Positions 1 to 8,509 of a DNA stretch of 48,135 nt are shown here, in pieces. Positions within the stretch are counted from its first letter, which is position 1. Each line of letters begins with the position of its first letter. The notes under the pieces were generated by a model. That model saw nothing but the letters and a program-made list of their open reading frames with translations, did not search any database and had not been told where the DNA came from. A program made the translations under genes and the position numbers. Source of the stretch: an uncultured Streptomyces sp. (GTDB taxonomy: Bacteria > Pseudomonadota > Gammaproteobacteria > Burkholderiales > SG8-41); assembly GCA_964510405.1 (NCBI GenBank), contig CAZEAX010000001.1:1-48135 (forward strand). Direction: 5' to 3'.

Positions 1-142
1 CCGACTCGTTCACCGCCTGCGTGAGCAGGTCGGCGCGGCGGCCGGCAAGCGCGACGCTGTAGCCCGCATTCAGCAGCGCGAGCGCGGAGGCTTTGCCTAT
101 GCCGGTCCCGGCGCCGGTCACTACCGCGACTTTGTTTGCCAT
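1..142 (-). CDS. short-chain dehydrogenase/reductase (SDR) family oxidoreductase, N-terminal part only (3' part lies beyond the window edge)
   Basis: Reverse complement reads MANKVAVVTGAGTGIGKASALALLNAGYSVALAGRRADLLTQAVNES, with the TGxxxGIG Rossmann motif of classical SDRs. ATG at 142..140 is preceded by a G-rich SD-like run. Absent from the ORF track because it runs off the window. Confidence 0.75.
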   Translation of the reverse strand, partial: MANKVAVVTGAGTGIGKASALALLNAGYSVALAGRRADLLTQAVNES

Positions 143-277
143 GATTTCCCCCCTTGGTTGACAGCAGATTAACGCAATTTTACCGCGCGCAGCGAACCCA
201 CGCGCGCAAGCGGCGATCAAGCGCGCACTGGTTGCTTTGACAATCCGGAAATGGCGCGGCCGGGCGGGCCGCGGCGA

Positions 278-712
278 CTACGCGAGAATGTTCTCGACCT
301 GTTCCTGGCGCAGCAATTCGTAGACAAAGGCTTCGAGCTCGGGGCCCAGCGCATCGCGGGCGGAAATGATGCCGACGGGGCGTCCGTCTTCGACCACCGG
401 CACGTGACGGAACTTGCCGCCGTACATCATTTGCAGCGCAAACGAGAACTTCTGGTCCGGTTTGATAGTTTGCGGATTGCGCGTCATGACGTCCGCGAGG
501 CGCGTCGTTTTCACGTCGCGCCCCTCGGCGACCACGCGGAACAGCGCGTCGCGCTCGGTGAAAATGCCGGCGAGCCTGCCGTTTTCCACCACGATCACGG
601 CACCGATGTGATTGGCGCGCATCAGGCTCGCGGCGTCGCTGACCGTCGTGTCCGCGGTGGAGGTCACGATTTCCTGGCCTTTGATGATTTCCTTGATGAG
701 TCGGTCGGTCAT
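278..712 (-). CDS. CBS domain pair protein
   Basis: Internal ATG (712) of ORF 278..1015, preceded by GGAGG. The product MTDRLIKEIIKGQEIVT...HIGAVIVVENGRLAGIFTERD...FRHVPVVEDGRPVGIISARD shows two CBS-type repeats. The upstream ORF extension is Arg/Cys-rich junk. Confidence 0.85.
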   Translation of the reverse strand: MTDRLIKEIIKGQEIVTSTADTTVSDAASLMRANHIGAVIVVENGRLAGIFTERDALFRVVAEGRDVKTTRLADVMTRNPQTIKPDQKFSFALQMMYGGKFRHVPVVEDGRPVGIISARDALGPELEAFVYELLRQEQVENILA

Positions 713-881
713 GACAGGCCTCCTGCGGTGCTGCGATGAATAGGAACGAAGCGGGATCCAACGGCGGCGGCCGGCGCGCGGGACACCACATCCGATGTGC
801 GCTTGCCACCCAAACGATGCTACGCCGGTCGCCCCCCGCCGGTCAATTGCGAAATTATGACTGTCGTCCGGCGGCGACAGC

Positions 882-1382
882 TCACCGCGAGGTTGCTTCG
901 CGCAGGAATACCGGCAGGTCCATGGTAGGCGGCCGCGCGGGCACCTCGAAGAACATGTCGCACACGAAACCGCGGTGATAACTCGTGTGATTGACGACGT
1001 GCTGCAGGATTTCAAAGCGGGTCATCACCCCCGCATTGCCGCCGATCAGCGTGAAGGTCACCGGCTCGTCGACAGCGGCGGCGGTGAGACCGTCGCCCCA
1101 CGCGATGTACCACCGGTCCAGCGCCTGTTGTTTCGCCCACAGGTCGGCCAGCGGCGGGTAGTCGGCCGTGTTGCGCGCCGAATAGCCGTGCGCGCGGCCT
1201 TCGAGATGGGCCTGCCAGATCGTGTCGATTACGTAGTTGTGATTGAGCGTGTGCACCATGTTCTTGAACAGGCTCTTGCGCTCCTTGACCGCTTCACCCG
1301 CAGGCAGCGCGGCGACGGCGTCGAACATGAGCTTGTTGGACCAGGCGTTGTAGCGGGTCAGCATGCGGGCGTGGTTAAGCAC
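882..1382 (-). CDS. DinB-family (damage-inducible, metal-dependent four-helix bundle) protein
   Basis: 166 aa with His-containing segments HTLNHNYVIDTIW and VNHTSYHRG, typical of the DinB/YfiT-like superfamily. Confidence 0.75.
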   Translation of the reverse strand: MLNHARMLTRYNAWSNKLMFDAVAALPAGEAVKERKSLFKNMVHTLNHNYVIDTIWQAHLEGRAHGYSARNTADYPPLADLWAKQQALDRWYIAWGDGLTAAAVDEPVTFTLIGGNAGVMTRFEILQHVVNHTSYHRGFVCDMFFEVPARPPTMDLPVFLREATSR

Positions 1383-1481
1383 GATGGGCGCCTTTCATAT
1401 TGGGCCGGAGCGATTTCTGCTATTCTTTGAAACTGCGGCGGGGACCATGATACCCGCACGCTCGATACCAAAGGAATGGCA

Positions 1482-1931
1482 ATGCCAAAAGTTCTGATCG
1501 TGCACGGCGCCGGCATGAACATGCGCGGCAAGGCGCAGATCGACGTTTTCGGGCCGATGACGCTGCCCGAGTACGACGAGCACATCCGCAAGTACGCGGC
1601 GGAACTCGGCGTCGAGGTCGAGATATTCCACTCGAACATCGAAGGCGAAGTCATCAACAAGTTCTACGACGCGCACGAGCGCGGCGTCGACGCGGCGATC
1701 ATCAATCCGGCCGGCTATACGACCGGACACCCGGCCCTGATGGCCGCGATCGCACAGGTGCGATTCCCGACCATCGAGCTGCACATCTCGAATCCCGCGC
1801 GGCGCGGCCGTGAATCGGAAATCGCGCGCGTCGCCCGTGCCGTCGTGACCGGCTGCGGAATCTTCGGCTATCACCTCGCGATGCGCGGCATACTCGACAT
1901 GCTCGCGAACAAAGGCGCCGCGAAAAAATAA
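1482..1931 (+). CDS. type II 3-dehydroquinate dehydratase-like protein (AroQ family, atypical)
   Basis: AroQ-like segments VLIVHGAGMNMRG, FHSNIEGE, INPAGYT and ELHISNPARR. The second ATG (1482) is chosen because AAGGA at 1471..1475 abuts the first ATG (1476). The catalytic Tyr position reads Phe (see findings). Confidence 0.75.
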   Translation: MPKVLIVHGAGMNMRGKAQIDVFGPMTLPEYDEHIRKYAAELGVEVEIFHSNIEGEVINKFYDAHERGVDAAIINPAGYTTGHPALMAAIAQVRFPTIELHISNPARRGRESEIARVARAVVTGCGIFGYHLAMRGILDMLANKGAAKK

Positions 1932-2000
1932 TACGCCGCCGGCGCGGCGCGAGAGCGCGGCCGCGACTTGCCGTAACGGTCGGGACGAGGAGAAGAGGCC

Positions 2001-2969
2001 ATGCGTCGCATCACGCTGGTTGCGGGAATCCTGTCGGCGTTGCCGGCCGGCGTCATTGACGGCGCATTGGCGCAGACGTACCCCACGCGGCCGGTGCGGC
2101 TGGTGGTGCCGTTTCCGGCCGGCGGCAGCAACGACATCGTCGGCCGGGTGGTTGCGCAGGGGCTCGGCGACCGCCTCGGCAAGCAGGTCATCGTCGACAA
2201 CCGTGTCGGCGGCAATTCGATCATCGGTTCTGAAATCGTCGCCAACGCGCAGGCCGACGGCTATACGCTGCTCGTGATCTCGACGTCGTTCACGACCAAT
2301 CCGATCATTCATAAGCTGCCGTTCGATCCATTGAAGAGTTTCGCGTGGGTTGCGATGCTCGGCGTCGGCCCCAACGTGCTGGTTGTAAACCCAGGCCTGC
2401 CGGTCAATTCCGTGCAGGAACTGATCGCGCTGGCGAAAGCGAAGCCCGGCCAGTTGGTCTATGCGTCCACCGGCGTCGGCAGCAACGGACATTTCGGCAT
2501 GGAGCTCTTCAAGCACATGACGGCGACCAATATTCTGCACGTGCCGTACAAAGGCGGCCCGCCGGCGTTGATCGATACCGTAGGCGGCCAGGTGCAATTG
2601 ACCCTCGGCTCGCTCATCCAGACGACCACCTTCATCCGTTCCGGCAAGCTGCGCGCACTGGCGGTCAGCAGCGCCGCGCGCAGCGGCATACTGCCGAACG
2701 TGCCGACTATCAGCGAGGCGGGCGTGCCCGGGTACCAGACCGCGAATTGGTGGGGAGTCGCGGCGCCGCGCGGCACGCCGTCCGCCATCGTCAACCGGCT
2801 GAACCAGGAAATCAAAGTCGTGTTGCAAGCGCCGGACACCGAGAAGCGTTTCGTCAACGAAGGCGCCGAGCCTCAAGTCAAGGCACCGGCGGAACTCGGC
2901 AAGTACGTCGCCGACGAAATGACGAAGTGGGTCGAGCTCGCGCGCATCGCCGGGATACACGGCGAATAA
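2001..2969 (+). CDS. TctC/Bug-family tripartite tricarboxylate transporter substrate-binding protein
   Basis: Signal peptide, then AQTYPTRPVRLVVPFPAGGSNDIVGR, DNRVGGNS, ADGYTLLV and HVPYKGGPPA, the hallmark Bug/TctC motifs. GAGGAG SD lies upstream. Confidence 0.9.
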   Translation: MRRITLVAGILSALPAGVIDGALAQTYPTRPVRLVVPFPAGGSNDIVGRVVAQGLGDRLGKQVIVDNRVGGNSIIGSEIVANAQADGYTLLVISTSFTTNPIIHKLPFDPLKSFAWVAMLGVGPNVLVVNPGLPVNSVQELIALAKAKPGQLVYASTGVGSNGHFGMELFKHMTATNILHVPYKGGPPALIDTVGGQVQLTLGSLIQTTTFIRSGKLRALAVSSAARSGILPNVPTISEAGVPGYQTANWWGVAAPRGTPSAIVNRLNQEIKVVLQAPDTEKRFVNEGAEPQVKAPAELGKYVADEMTKWVELARIAGIHGE

Positions 2970-3001
2970 TCGCAAGACCAATCAATCGAGGGGAGCTGCG
3001 C

Positions 3002-3928
3002 ATGAAACTCGCCGTCGTCGCTTGCTTATTCGCGCTGGCGTCCGCCGCGGCGCTCGCGCAGCCCGCGAACGCGCAGGATCTCGGTTATGCGCCCGCCCCG
3101 GAATTTTTCCAGCTGCCCGCCGGGATGAATTTCGGTGCGGTGTCGGGCGTCGCGATCAACTCGCGAGGCAATATCTTCGTGTTGAACCGCGGACCGCAGC
3201 CGTTGATGGAATTCGACGCCGGCGGCCGTTTCGTGCGCGCGCTCGGTGCGGGCCTGCTCGAGCGCCCGCACGGGCTGCGCATCGACGCCGGGGACAATAT
3301 CTGGATCGCCGACGGCGGCGCGCACATCGTGCTGAAACTCAATCCGCAGGGGCGCATCGTCATGGTGCTCGGCACCAAAGGATCGCCCGGCGAATGGCAC
3401 GAAGCCGGTTTCCTGCGCCAGTTCAACGAACCGAATGATTTCGCGATCGGCGCGGGCGGTGAAATCCAGGTCACGCAGGGCCACGGCAAAGGCGACTCGC
3501 GCGTTTTGAAATTCGACCGCGAAGGACGATTCATCAAGACCTGGGGCGGCAAGGGCACGGCCGCCGGCCAGTTCAACGTGCCGCACTCGATCGCGCTCGA
3601 CGCCCACGGGCTCATTTATGTCGCCGACCGCGGCAACGAGCGCATCCAGATGTTCGACGCCGACGGCGCATTTATCAGGGAATGGCCGCTGTTCGGCACG
3701 CCCGCCGGCTTGTACATCGGGGCCGACCCGTACGGGTATCTTGCCAACGGCCACTACGGCCAGATCATCAAGCTCGACATGAGCAGCGGCATCGCCGGCA
3801 TGACCGGCAGAGTCGGCAAGGCGCCGGGCGAGTTCGGCGAAGCGCACTACCTGGCGGTCGGCGCGCAGGGCGAGATTTACGTCGCGGATACGCTGAACTG
3901 GCGCGTGCAGAAGTACGTCAAAAGGTAA
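3002..3928 (+). CDS. secreted NHL-repeat (six-bladed beta-propeller) protein
   Basis: Internal ATG of ORF 2345..3928. Signal peptide MKLAVVACLFALASAAALAQPANA. Repeated NHL-like units are present (NIFVLNRG, NIWIADGG, IYVADRGNERIQMFD, IYVADTLNWRVQKY). Confidence 0.85.
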   Translation: MKLAVVACLFALASAAALAQPANAQDLGYAPAPEFFQLPAGMNFGAVSGVAINSRGNIFVLNRGPQPLMEFDAGGRFVRALGAGLLERPHGLRIDAGDNIWIADGGAHIVLKLNPQGRIVMVLGTKGSPGEWHEAGFLRQFNEPNDFAIGAGGEIQVTQGHGKGDSRVLKFDREGRFIKTWGGKGTAAGQFNVPHSIALDAHGLIYVADRGNERIQMFDADGAFIREWPLFGTPAGLYIGADPYGYLANGHYGQIIKLDMSSGIAGMTGRVGKAPGEFGEAHYLAVGAQGEIYVADTLNWRVQKYVKR

Positions 3929-4170
3929 GCCGGCACCTTTGGTGCGGGCGTGGCTGCGCCGACGTGCACTTGCGGTGCGGCAGCGGGTTTTTCATTAAGT
4001 CCTTCCGCCCAATCGACCGCGAACGCGACGCCGTAGGCGATCAGCGCGGCCGCGCAGAAAGTGAGCGCGCTGCGCGTAAACCCCGGCGGGGCCTGCATTT
4101 CGTCGAGATACCGCTTGATATAGTGGCTCGCGATGAAATAAGCGACCGTCGACACGATTAAGCTCAACAC
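3877..4170 (-). CDS. hypothetical small two-TM membrane protein
   Basis: GTG at 4170 is preceded by AAAGGAA. The product has two hydrophobic helices (LSLIVSTVAYFIASHYI, ALTFCAAALIAYGVAFAV). Its 3' end overlaps the convergent NHL gene by about 50 nt. Start and authenticity are uncertain. Confidence 0.35.
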   Translation of the reverse strand: MLSLIVSTVAYFIASHYIKRYLDEMQAPPGFTRSALTFCAAALIAYGVAFAVDWAEGLNEKPAAAPQVHVGAATPAPKVPAYLLTYFCTRQFSVSAT

Positions 4171-4330
4171 TTTCAGCGGTTCCTTTCGCTTTGCGGGCCG
4201 CGCCGGCGGCTTATTTGTCCGCCCCCGCAGATTCACCCCGTGCCCCGCGTGGACAGGAGTAGACTGTGTCTCTGCGAGCCTGATTCGGCGACACGCCCAG
4301 GTTGGCATTTAACTACACTAGGAGACGTCT

Positions 4331-4537
4331 GTGGCCACAGGAACAGTGAAATGGTTTAACGCAACCAAGGGATTCGGATTCATTGAGGCCGATGACAAGT
4401 CAAAAGACGTGTTCGTGCACATTTCGGCCGTCGAAAAAGCCGGCATGAGCACGTTGAAAGACGGCCAGAAAGTCGAATACGAACTATCCAAAGGCAACGA
4501 CGGCAAATCGTCGGCAGCGAACCTCAAAGCGCTGTGA
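4331..4537 (+). CDS. cspA: cold-shock protein, CspA family
   Basis: GTG start with AGGAG at 4319..4323. The product [19 protein letters not shown]...DVFVHISAV contains the RNP1/RNP2 cold-shock domain motifs. Confidence 0.95.
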   Translation: MATGTVKWFNATKGFGFIEADDKSKDVFVHISAVEKAGMSTLKDGQKVEYELSKGNDGKSSAANLKAL

Positions 4538-4549
4538 TTCGAATCGCTG

Positions 4550-4576
4550 CAGGTCTGGAGTACTCAAGACTGTTTT
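4550..4576 (+). terminator. probable Rho-independent terminator of cspA
   Basis: Imperfect hairpin CAGGTCTGGAGTACTCAAGACTG is followed by TTTT. Confidence 0.5.
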
Positions 4577-4729
4577 GACCGGCGCCTGGCGCGCAGCGCG
4601 CGCCACGCTTCCCGCGCAATTGTATTTTTCCGCACGGCCCTGATCCGTCAACGCCGGCGTCACGCTCCCCGTTAAACGATCATGCCCGCGAACGGGCCGT
4701 CGAAGTTCAATCCCTCTGGAGGAGTTGTC

Positions 4730-5005
4730 ATGCATAAATTACTTGCAGCGATCGTAGCTTCAACCTTTGCGTTGGGTGCGGTGTCAGGCGTTGCCGCCGA
4801 TGCCGCGAAACGGGACGAGCTGACCCAGGAACAACGCGCCGACATGCGCAACCGCGCGGACCAGTTGACGCGCGCGCGCGCCGCCGGGACGGAGCAGGTC
4901 AGCGTCAGGACGCAGCACGCGTCTGCGGTCAAAAAGATTCATCCCGCGGGGAAGGTCAAGAAAGTATCCCGGCATGCGGTGAAGAAAGCGCACCCGCAAT
5001 CGTAA
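4730..5005 (+). CDS. small secreted basic protein, unknown function
   Basis: ATG at 4730 with GGAGG 7 nt upstream. Signal peptide MHKLLAAIVASTFALGAVSGVAA is followed by a charged Lys/Arg-rich region. I recognise no family. Confidence 0.55.
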   Translation: MHKLLAAIVASTFALGAVSGVAADAAKRDELTQEQRADMRNRADQLTRARAAGTEQVSVRTQHASAVKKIHPAGKVKKVSRHAVKKAHPQS

Positions 5006-5023
5006 GCGCGGCTTGAGGCATGC

Positions 5024-5056
5024 AAAGGGCGGGGAATTTTCCCCCGCCCTTTTTTC
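5024..5056. terminator. bidirectional Rho-independent terminator between convergent genes
   Basis: AAAGGGCGGGG-aattttc-CCCCGCCCTTT forms an 11-bp stem, followed by TTTCTT on the + strand. It sits between the stops at 5005 (+) and 5065 (-). Confidence 0.7.
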
Positions 5057-5064
5057 TTGGCCGG

Positions 5065-6486
5065 TCAGTTTGCGCTGGTGCGCGTCACGTCGCGGCTTTT
5101 CAGGAATGCAATCGCCTGCGCGAGCTCGTAATCGCTTTTCGCGACGACCGCGCCCGGTTCGGGCCGCAGGTTTTTTTCATCAATGTCCTTCGGCCGCGCC
5201 GCCGGTTTGAAGCTAAACGTATTGCCCGCGACTGCCGGCGCATCCCCGGCCGCAGATTGGTCCTGGCGGTCGTTGATCAGGTGCTTGCTCAAATCGGCTT
5301 CGCGCATTTTCAGCGCGGCGTCGCCGCCCGAGCCGTCGTCGAGCGCGATATCCGGCACGATGCCGGTGACCTGGATCGAGCGGCCGTTCGGCGTGTAGTA
5401 GCGCGCGGTGGTGAGCTTGATCGCGGTGCCGTCGCCGAGCGGCAGCACGGTTTGCACCGAGGCTTTGCCGAACGTCTGCGTGCCCATGATGACGGCACGA
5501 TGGTGGTCCTGCAGCGCGCCCGCGACGATTTCAGACGCCGACGCCGAACCGCTGTTGACGAGCACGACCATCGGCACGTCCTTCACCGCCGCCGGCAGCG
5601 CGGACAAATAATCCCGCGTACGATTATTGTTCAGATAATTTTCCGGGCTGGCAGTGAGGCGCATCTTGGCGTCTTCCGTGCGGCCGTCCGTGTAGACCAC
5701 GAGGTCGTTTTTGGGCAGGAATGCCGCCGATACCGCGACCGCGCCGCTCAACAACCCGCCCGGGTCGTTGCGCAAATCGAGCACGACGCCTTTCATCGGG
5801 CCCTGGTTCTGCTTGAACACGGTCTGGATCGCATCGGCAAGCGCCTCGCCCGTCGGGCCCTGGAATTGCGTGACGCGGAAGTACGCATAGCCGGGTTCGA
5901 GCAGCGTCGATTTCACGCTCTGGATCTTGATGACGGCGCGCGTCAACGTGAACACGAGCGGCTTGGTTTCGCCCTTGCGCGCGATGGTCAGCGTAATCGG
6001 CGTATCGGGCTTGCCGCGCATCTGCTTTACCGCGTCGTTCAGGCTCATGCCTCTGACGAAGCTGTCGTCCAGCTTGACGATCAGGTCGCCCGCTTTGATG
6101 CCGGCGCGCGACGCGGGCGAATCGTCGATCGGAGAAACGACTTTGACGAGCCCGTCCTCCATGCCCACTTCGATGCCGAGACCGCCGAATTCGCCGCGCG
6201 TGCCGACCTGCATTTCGCGAAACGCTTCCTTGTCGAGATAGCTCGAATGCGGGTCGAGTCCGGCCAGCATGCCGGCGATCGCCTGGCTGATGAGCTTCTT
6301 GTCGTCGACCGGCTCGACGTAGTCGCTTTTGATTTTGCCGAACACTTCGGTGAAGGCGCGCAGTTCCGCGATCGGCAGCGGTGCGACCTTGTCGGGTTGC
6401 GCAATCGCCGGCAGTTCGACGGCGACCAGCACGCCCATGGAAACGCCGAGCGCAAGAATTCCCAGTTGCCGCAATTTACCGCGCAT
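5065..6486 (-). CDS. ctpA: S41-family carboxy-terminal processing peptidase
   Basis: 473 aa with an N-terminal membrane anchor and PDZ region (GGLGIEVGMEDGLVKVVSPIDDSPASRAGIKAGDLIVKLDD). The catalytic Ser context is NSGSASASEIVAGALQD and the Lys context is TFGKASVQ. Confidence 0.93.
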   Translation of the reverse strand: MRGKLRQLGILALGVSMGVLVAVELPAIAQPDKVAPLPIAELRAFTEVFGKIKSDYVEPVDDKKLISQAIAGMLAGLDPHSSYLDKEAFREMQVGTRGEFGGLGIEVGMEDGLVKVVSPIDDSPASRAGIKAGDLIVKLDDSFVRGMSLNDAVKQMRGKPDTPITLTIARKGETKPLVFTLTRAVIKIQSVKSTLLEPGYAYFRVTQFQGPTGEALADAIQTVFKQNQGPMKGVVLDLRNDPGGLLSGAVAVSAAFLPKNDLVVYTDGRTEDAKMRLTASPENYLNNNRTRDYLSALPAAVKDVPMVVLVNSGSASASEIVAGALQDHHRAVIMGTQTFGKASVQTVLPLGDGTAIKLTTARYYTPNGRSIQVTGIVPDIALDDGSGGDAALKMREADLSKHLINDRQDQSAAGDAPAVAGNTFSFKPAARPKDIDEKNLRPEPGAVVAKSDYELAQAIAFLKSRDVTRTSAN

Positions 6487-6500
6487 GGTCAGTCCCTAGT

Positions 6501-6535
6501 AAAAATCAAAAACGGCGTTGCCGAAAGTGGCAACG
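6501..6535 (-). terminator. Rho-independent terminator of the glycine-zipper gene
   Basis: On the - strand, hairpin CGTTGCC-acuuuc-GGCAACG is followed by CCGTTTTTGATTTTT. Confidence 0.6.
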
Positions 6536-6566
6536 GAACAAGCGAAATCCGGCGGCACGTCCGTGG

Positions 6567-7130
6567 TTAATACGGAGGGCCGCGGCGGCGCGGGGGACGG
6601 CTGTCGTAGCCGTCCGAACGGCCGTCGCGATCGCCATCCCGGCGCGCGTCCGCGCTGCGGTCGTCGAGTATCGCGGACACGCCGACCTTGATCGTGCTGC
6701 CCGGGTTGTACGGCAGCGCCACGCTTACGTCGCGGCCGTTGTAGCGATAAACAACGTCGTAGCCGTTGACGACTTCACGCGACGATTCGACGGTGCGGCA
6801 TTGCTGCTCCGGTTGCGAGTTGGCGCGGTTGGCGATCGCCGAGCCCGCCACCGCGCCGCCGGCTGCGCCGACGATGGTGGCTGCGGTCTGCCCGCTGCCT
6901 TGCCCGACCTGGTGGCCGAGCAGGCCGCCGACGACGCCGCCGATGATGGGGCCGGCGATGCTGCCGCTCTTCTGCGGCGCCGGCGCCGGGCTGCATTCCT
7001 GGCGCGAATCGGATACGCGTTCGATGATCGGTTTGGCCGAGATGACTTGCGCGGTGTCGACGAAATCGCTGGCAGCGTAAGCGCTGCCGCCGATCATGGC
7101 GACTGCGAGGGCAATGAGTGTGCGTTTCAT
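6567..7130 (-). CDS. glycine-zipper 2TM domain outer-membrane/periplasmic protein
   Basis: ATG at 7130 with GGAG upstream, then signal peptide MKRTLIALAVAMIGGSAYA. The Gly-zipper segment is GPIIGGVVGGLLGHQVGQGSGQTAATIVGAAGGAVAGSAI. The C-terminus is Arg/Asp-rich. Confidence 0.8.
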   Translation of the reverse strand: MKRTLIALAVAMIGGSAYAASDFVDTAQVISAKPIIERVSDSRQECSPAPAPQKSGSIAGPIIGGVVGGLLGHQVGQGSGQTAATIVGAAGGAVAGSAIANRANSQPEQQCRTVESSREVVNGYDVVYRYNGRDVSVALPYNPGSTIKVGVSAILDDRSADARRDGDRDGRSDGYDSRPPRRRGPPY

Positions 7131-7361
7131 AAAGTGCTCCCAAAATTGAATACGGCTCAATTAAACGCCCGCTACCGATGCTCCCATAGCGGAATTACAT
7201 ACCGTTACAAGTCGTAATACACCTGAAACCCGCGCTCCATGCGGGTTTCGGCCGGCCGCGTCGCGGAGTCGCTCATTCGCCGGCGGCTTCTAGATTGCGC
7301 CGGATTCCGCTACCATGTAGCGCTCGCGCCTGACCCATCCCAATACGAACGGAGAACGACA

Positions 7362-8333
7362 ATGCCTCACGCAATTCGCATGCACGAAACCGGCGGTCCT
7401 GAAGTGATGCACTGGGAAGAAGTCGAGATTGGACAGCCCGGGGCGGGCGAAGTTCGCGTGCGCAACACCGCGGTCGGGCTCAACTTTATCGATACCTATC
7501 ACCGCACCGGCCTGTATCCGATGCCGTTGCCCACGACGCTCGGCATGGAAGGTGCCGGCGTGGTCGAGGCCGTCGGGCCGAAAGTCAAAGGCTTCAAGGT
7601 CGGCGACCGCGTCGCTTATGCCAATCCGATCGGTTCCTACGCGGAAGTCTGCCTGCGCCCGGTCGCGCGGCTGGTGAAAATTCCCGCGGGCGTCGACGAC
7701 AGGATCGCCGCTGCGATCATGCTGAAAGGCATGACCGCGTGGTATCTGTGCAAGCGCACTTATAAAGTCGCCAAGGGCGATACGATACTGGTGCACGCGG
7801 CGGCGGGCGGCGTCGGCCAGATACTCTCCCAATGGTGCAAATATCTGGGCGCGACGGTCATCGGCACGGTCGGCAGCGATGAAAAAGCGGCACTCGCCAA
7901 AAAGGCCGGCTGCAAGCACGTAATCGTGACGTCGAAAGAGGATTTCGTCGCGCGCGTCAAGGAAATCACCAGGGGCAAAGGCGTGCCGGTCGTGTACGAC
8001 GGCGTCGGCAAGGACACGTTCATGGGCTCGCTCGATTGCCTGGCGCCGCGCGGCTACATGGTGAGTTTCGGCAACGCATCGGGCGCGGTGACCCAGTTCA
8101 ATCCGGGCGTGCTCGCAGCGAAGGGCTCGCTCTTTCTCACGCGGCCGACCTTGTTCAATTACACGGCGACGCCGGAAGATCTGGCGGCGGCGGCGCGCGA
8201 CCTCTTTGGGGTCGTCAAGAAAAAAGTCGTGAAAATCTCGATCAACCAGACTTACCCGCTGCGCGAAGCGGCGCAGGCGCATCGCGATCTCGAAGCGCGC
8301 AAGACGACGGGCTCGACGGTTTTATTGCCGTAG
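7362..8333 (+). CDS. qor: NADPH:quinone oxidoreductase (zeta-crystallin-type MDR)
   Basis: Internal ATG with GGAGAA SD. Motifs include VGLNFIDTYHRTGLYP and the Rossmann segment VHAAAGGVGQIL. Length is about 323 aa. Confidence 0.88.
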   Translation: MPHAIRMHETGGPEVMHWEEVEIGQPGAGEVRVRNTAVGLNFIDTYHRTGLYPMPLPTTLGMEGAGVVEAVGPKVKGFKVGDRVAYANPIGSYAEVCLRPVARLVKIPAGVDDRIAAAIMLKGMTAWYLCKRTYKVAKGDTILVHAAAGGVGQILSQWCKYLGATVIGTVGSDEKAALAKKAGCKHVIVTSKEDFVARVKEITRGKGVPVVYDGVGKDTFMGSLDCLAPRGYMVSFGNASGAVTQFNPGVLAAKGSLFLTRPTLFNYTATPEDLAAAARDLFGVVKKKVVKISINQTYPLREAAQAHRDLEARKTTGSTVLLP

Positions 8334-8509
8334 TCGTTCGGCGCCGGTGCGCGGGGCTGCATTCGCGCACTGCACCGGGGCGGGCCGCCGCGCAATTCTG
8401 CCGCCGGTCCCGGCCGGCGGGTCGGCTTGATTCTTGCGTCAGCCCCGGCGTGCCGGCATTAAAGTGAGATTGCCTTGAAGGCTGCTTCGTTTATTTCAGG
8501 ATCGGAGTC

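Noticed and set aside
713-1015. The N-terminal extension of the CBS-domain ORF (278..1015).
   Set aside because: The extension overlaps the DinB gene 3' end and is Cys/Arg-rich. A good GGAGG SD precedes the internal ATG at 712, where CBS homology starts.
1395-2981. Very long ORFs antisense to, or out of frame with, the genes called here. Examples are 1395..2981 (-), 5020..6570 (+), 8519..10552 (-), 11141..13048 (-), 13264..14847 (-), 16065..17789 (+), 20896..22446 (+), 35288..37036 (+), 37052..38836 (-), 43346..44668 (-), 45052..46245 (-) and 46492..47799 (+).
   Set aside because: These are typical shadow ORFs of GC-rich DNA. Their products are Arg/Ala/His/Asp-rich and low in complexity, and I recognise no motifs in them. 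Each fully overlaps a gene with clear family signatures on the other strand or frame.
7225-7249. The 9-bp hairpin GAAACCCGC-gctccat-GCGGGTTTC in the divergent promoter region between the glycine-zipper gene and qor, as a possible sRNA terminator.
   Set aside because: There is no U-tract on either strand and no recognisable promoter or conserved element. It may be an operator or chance.
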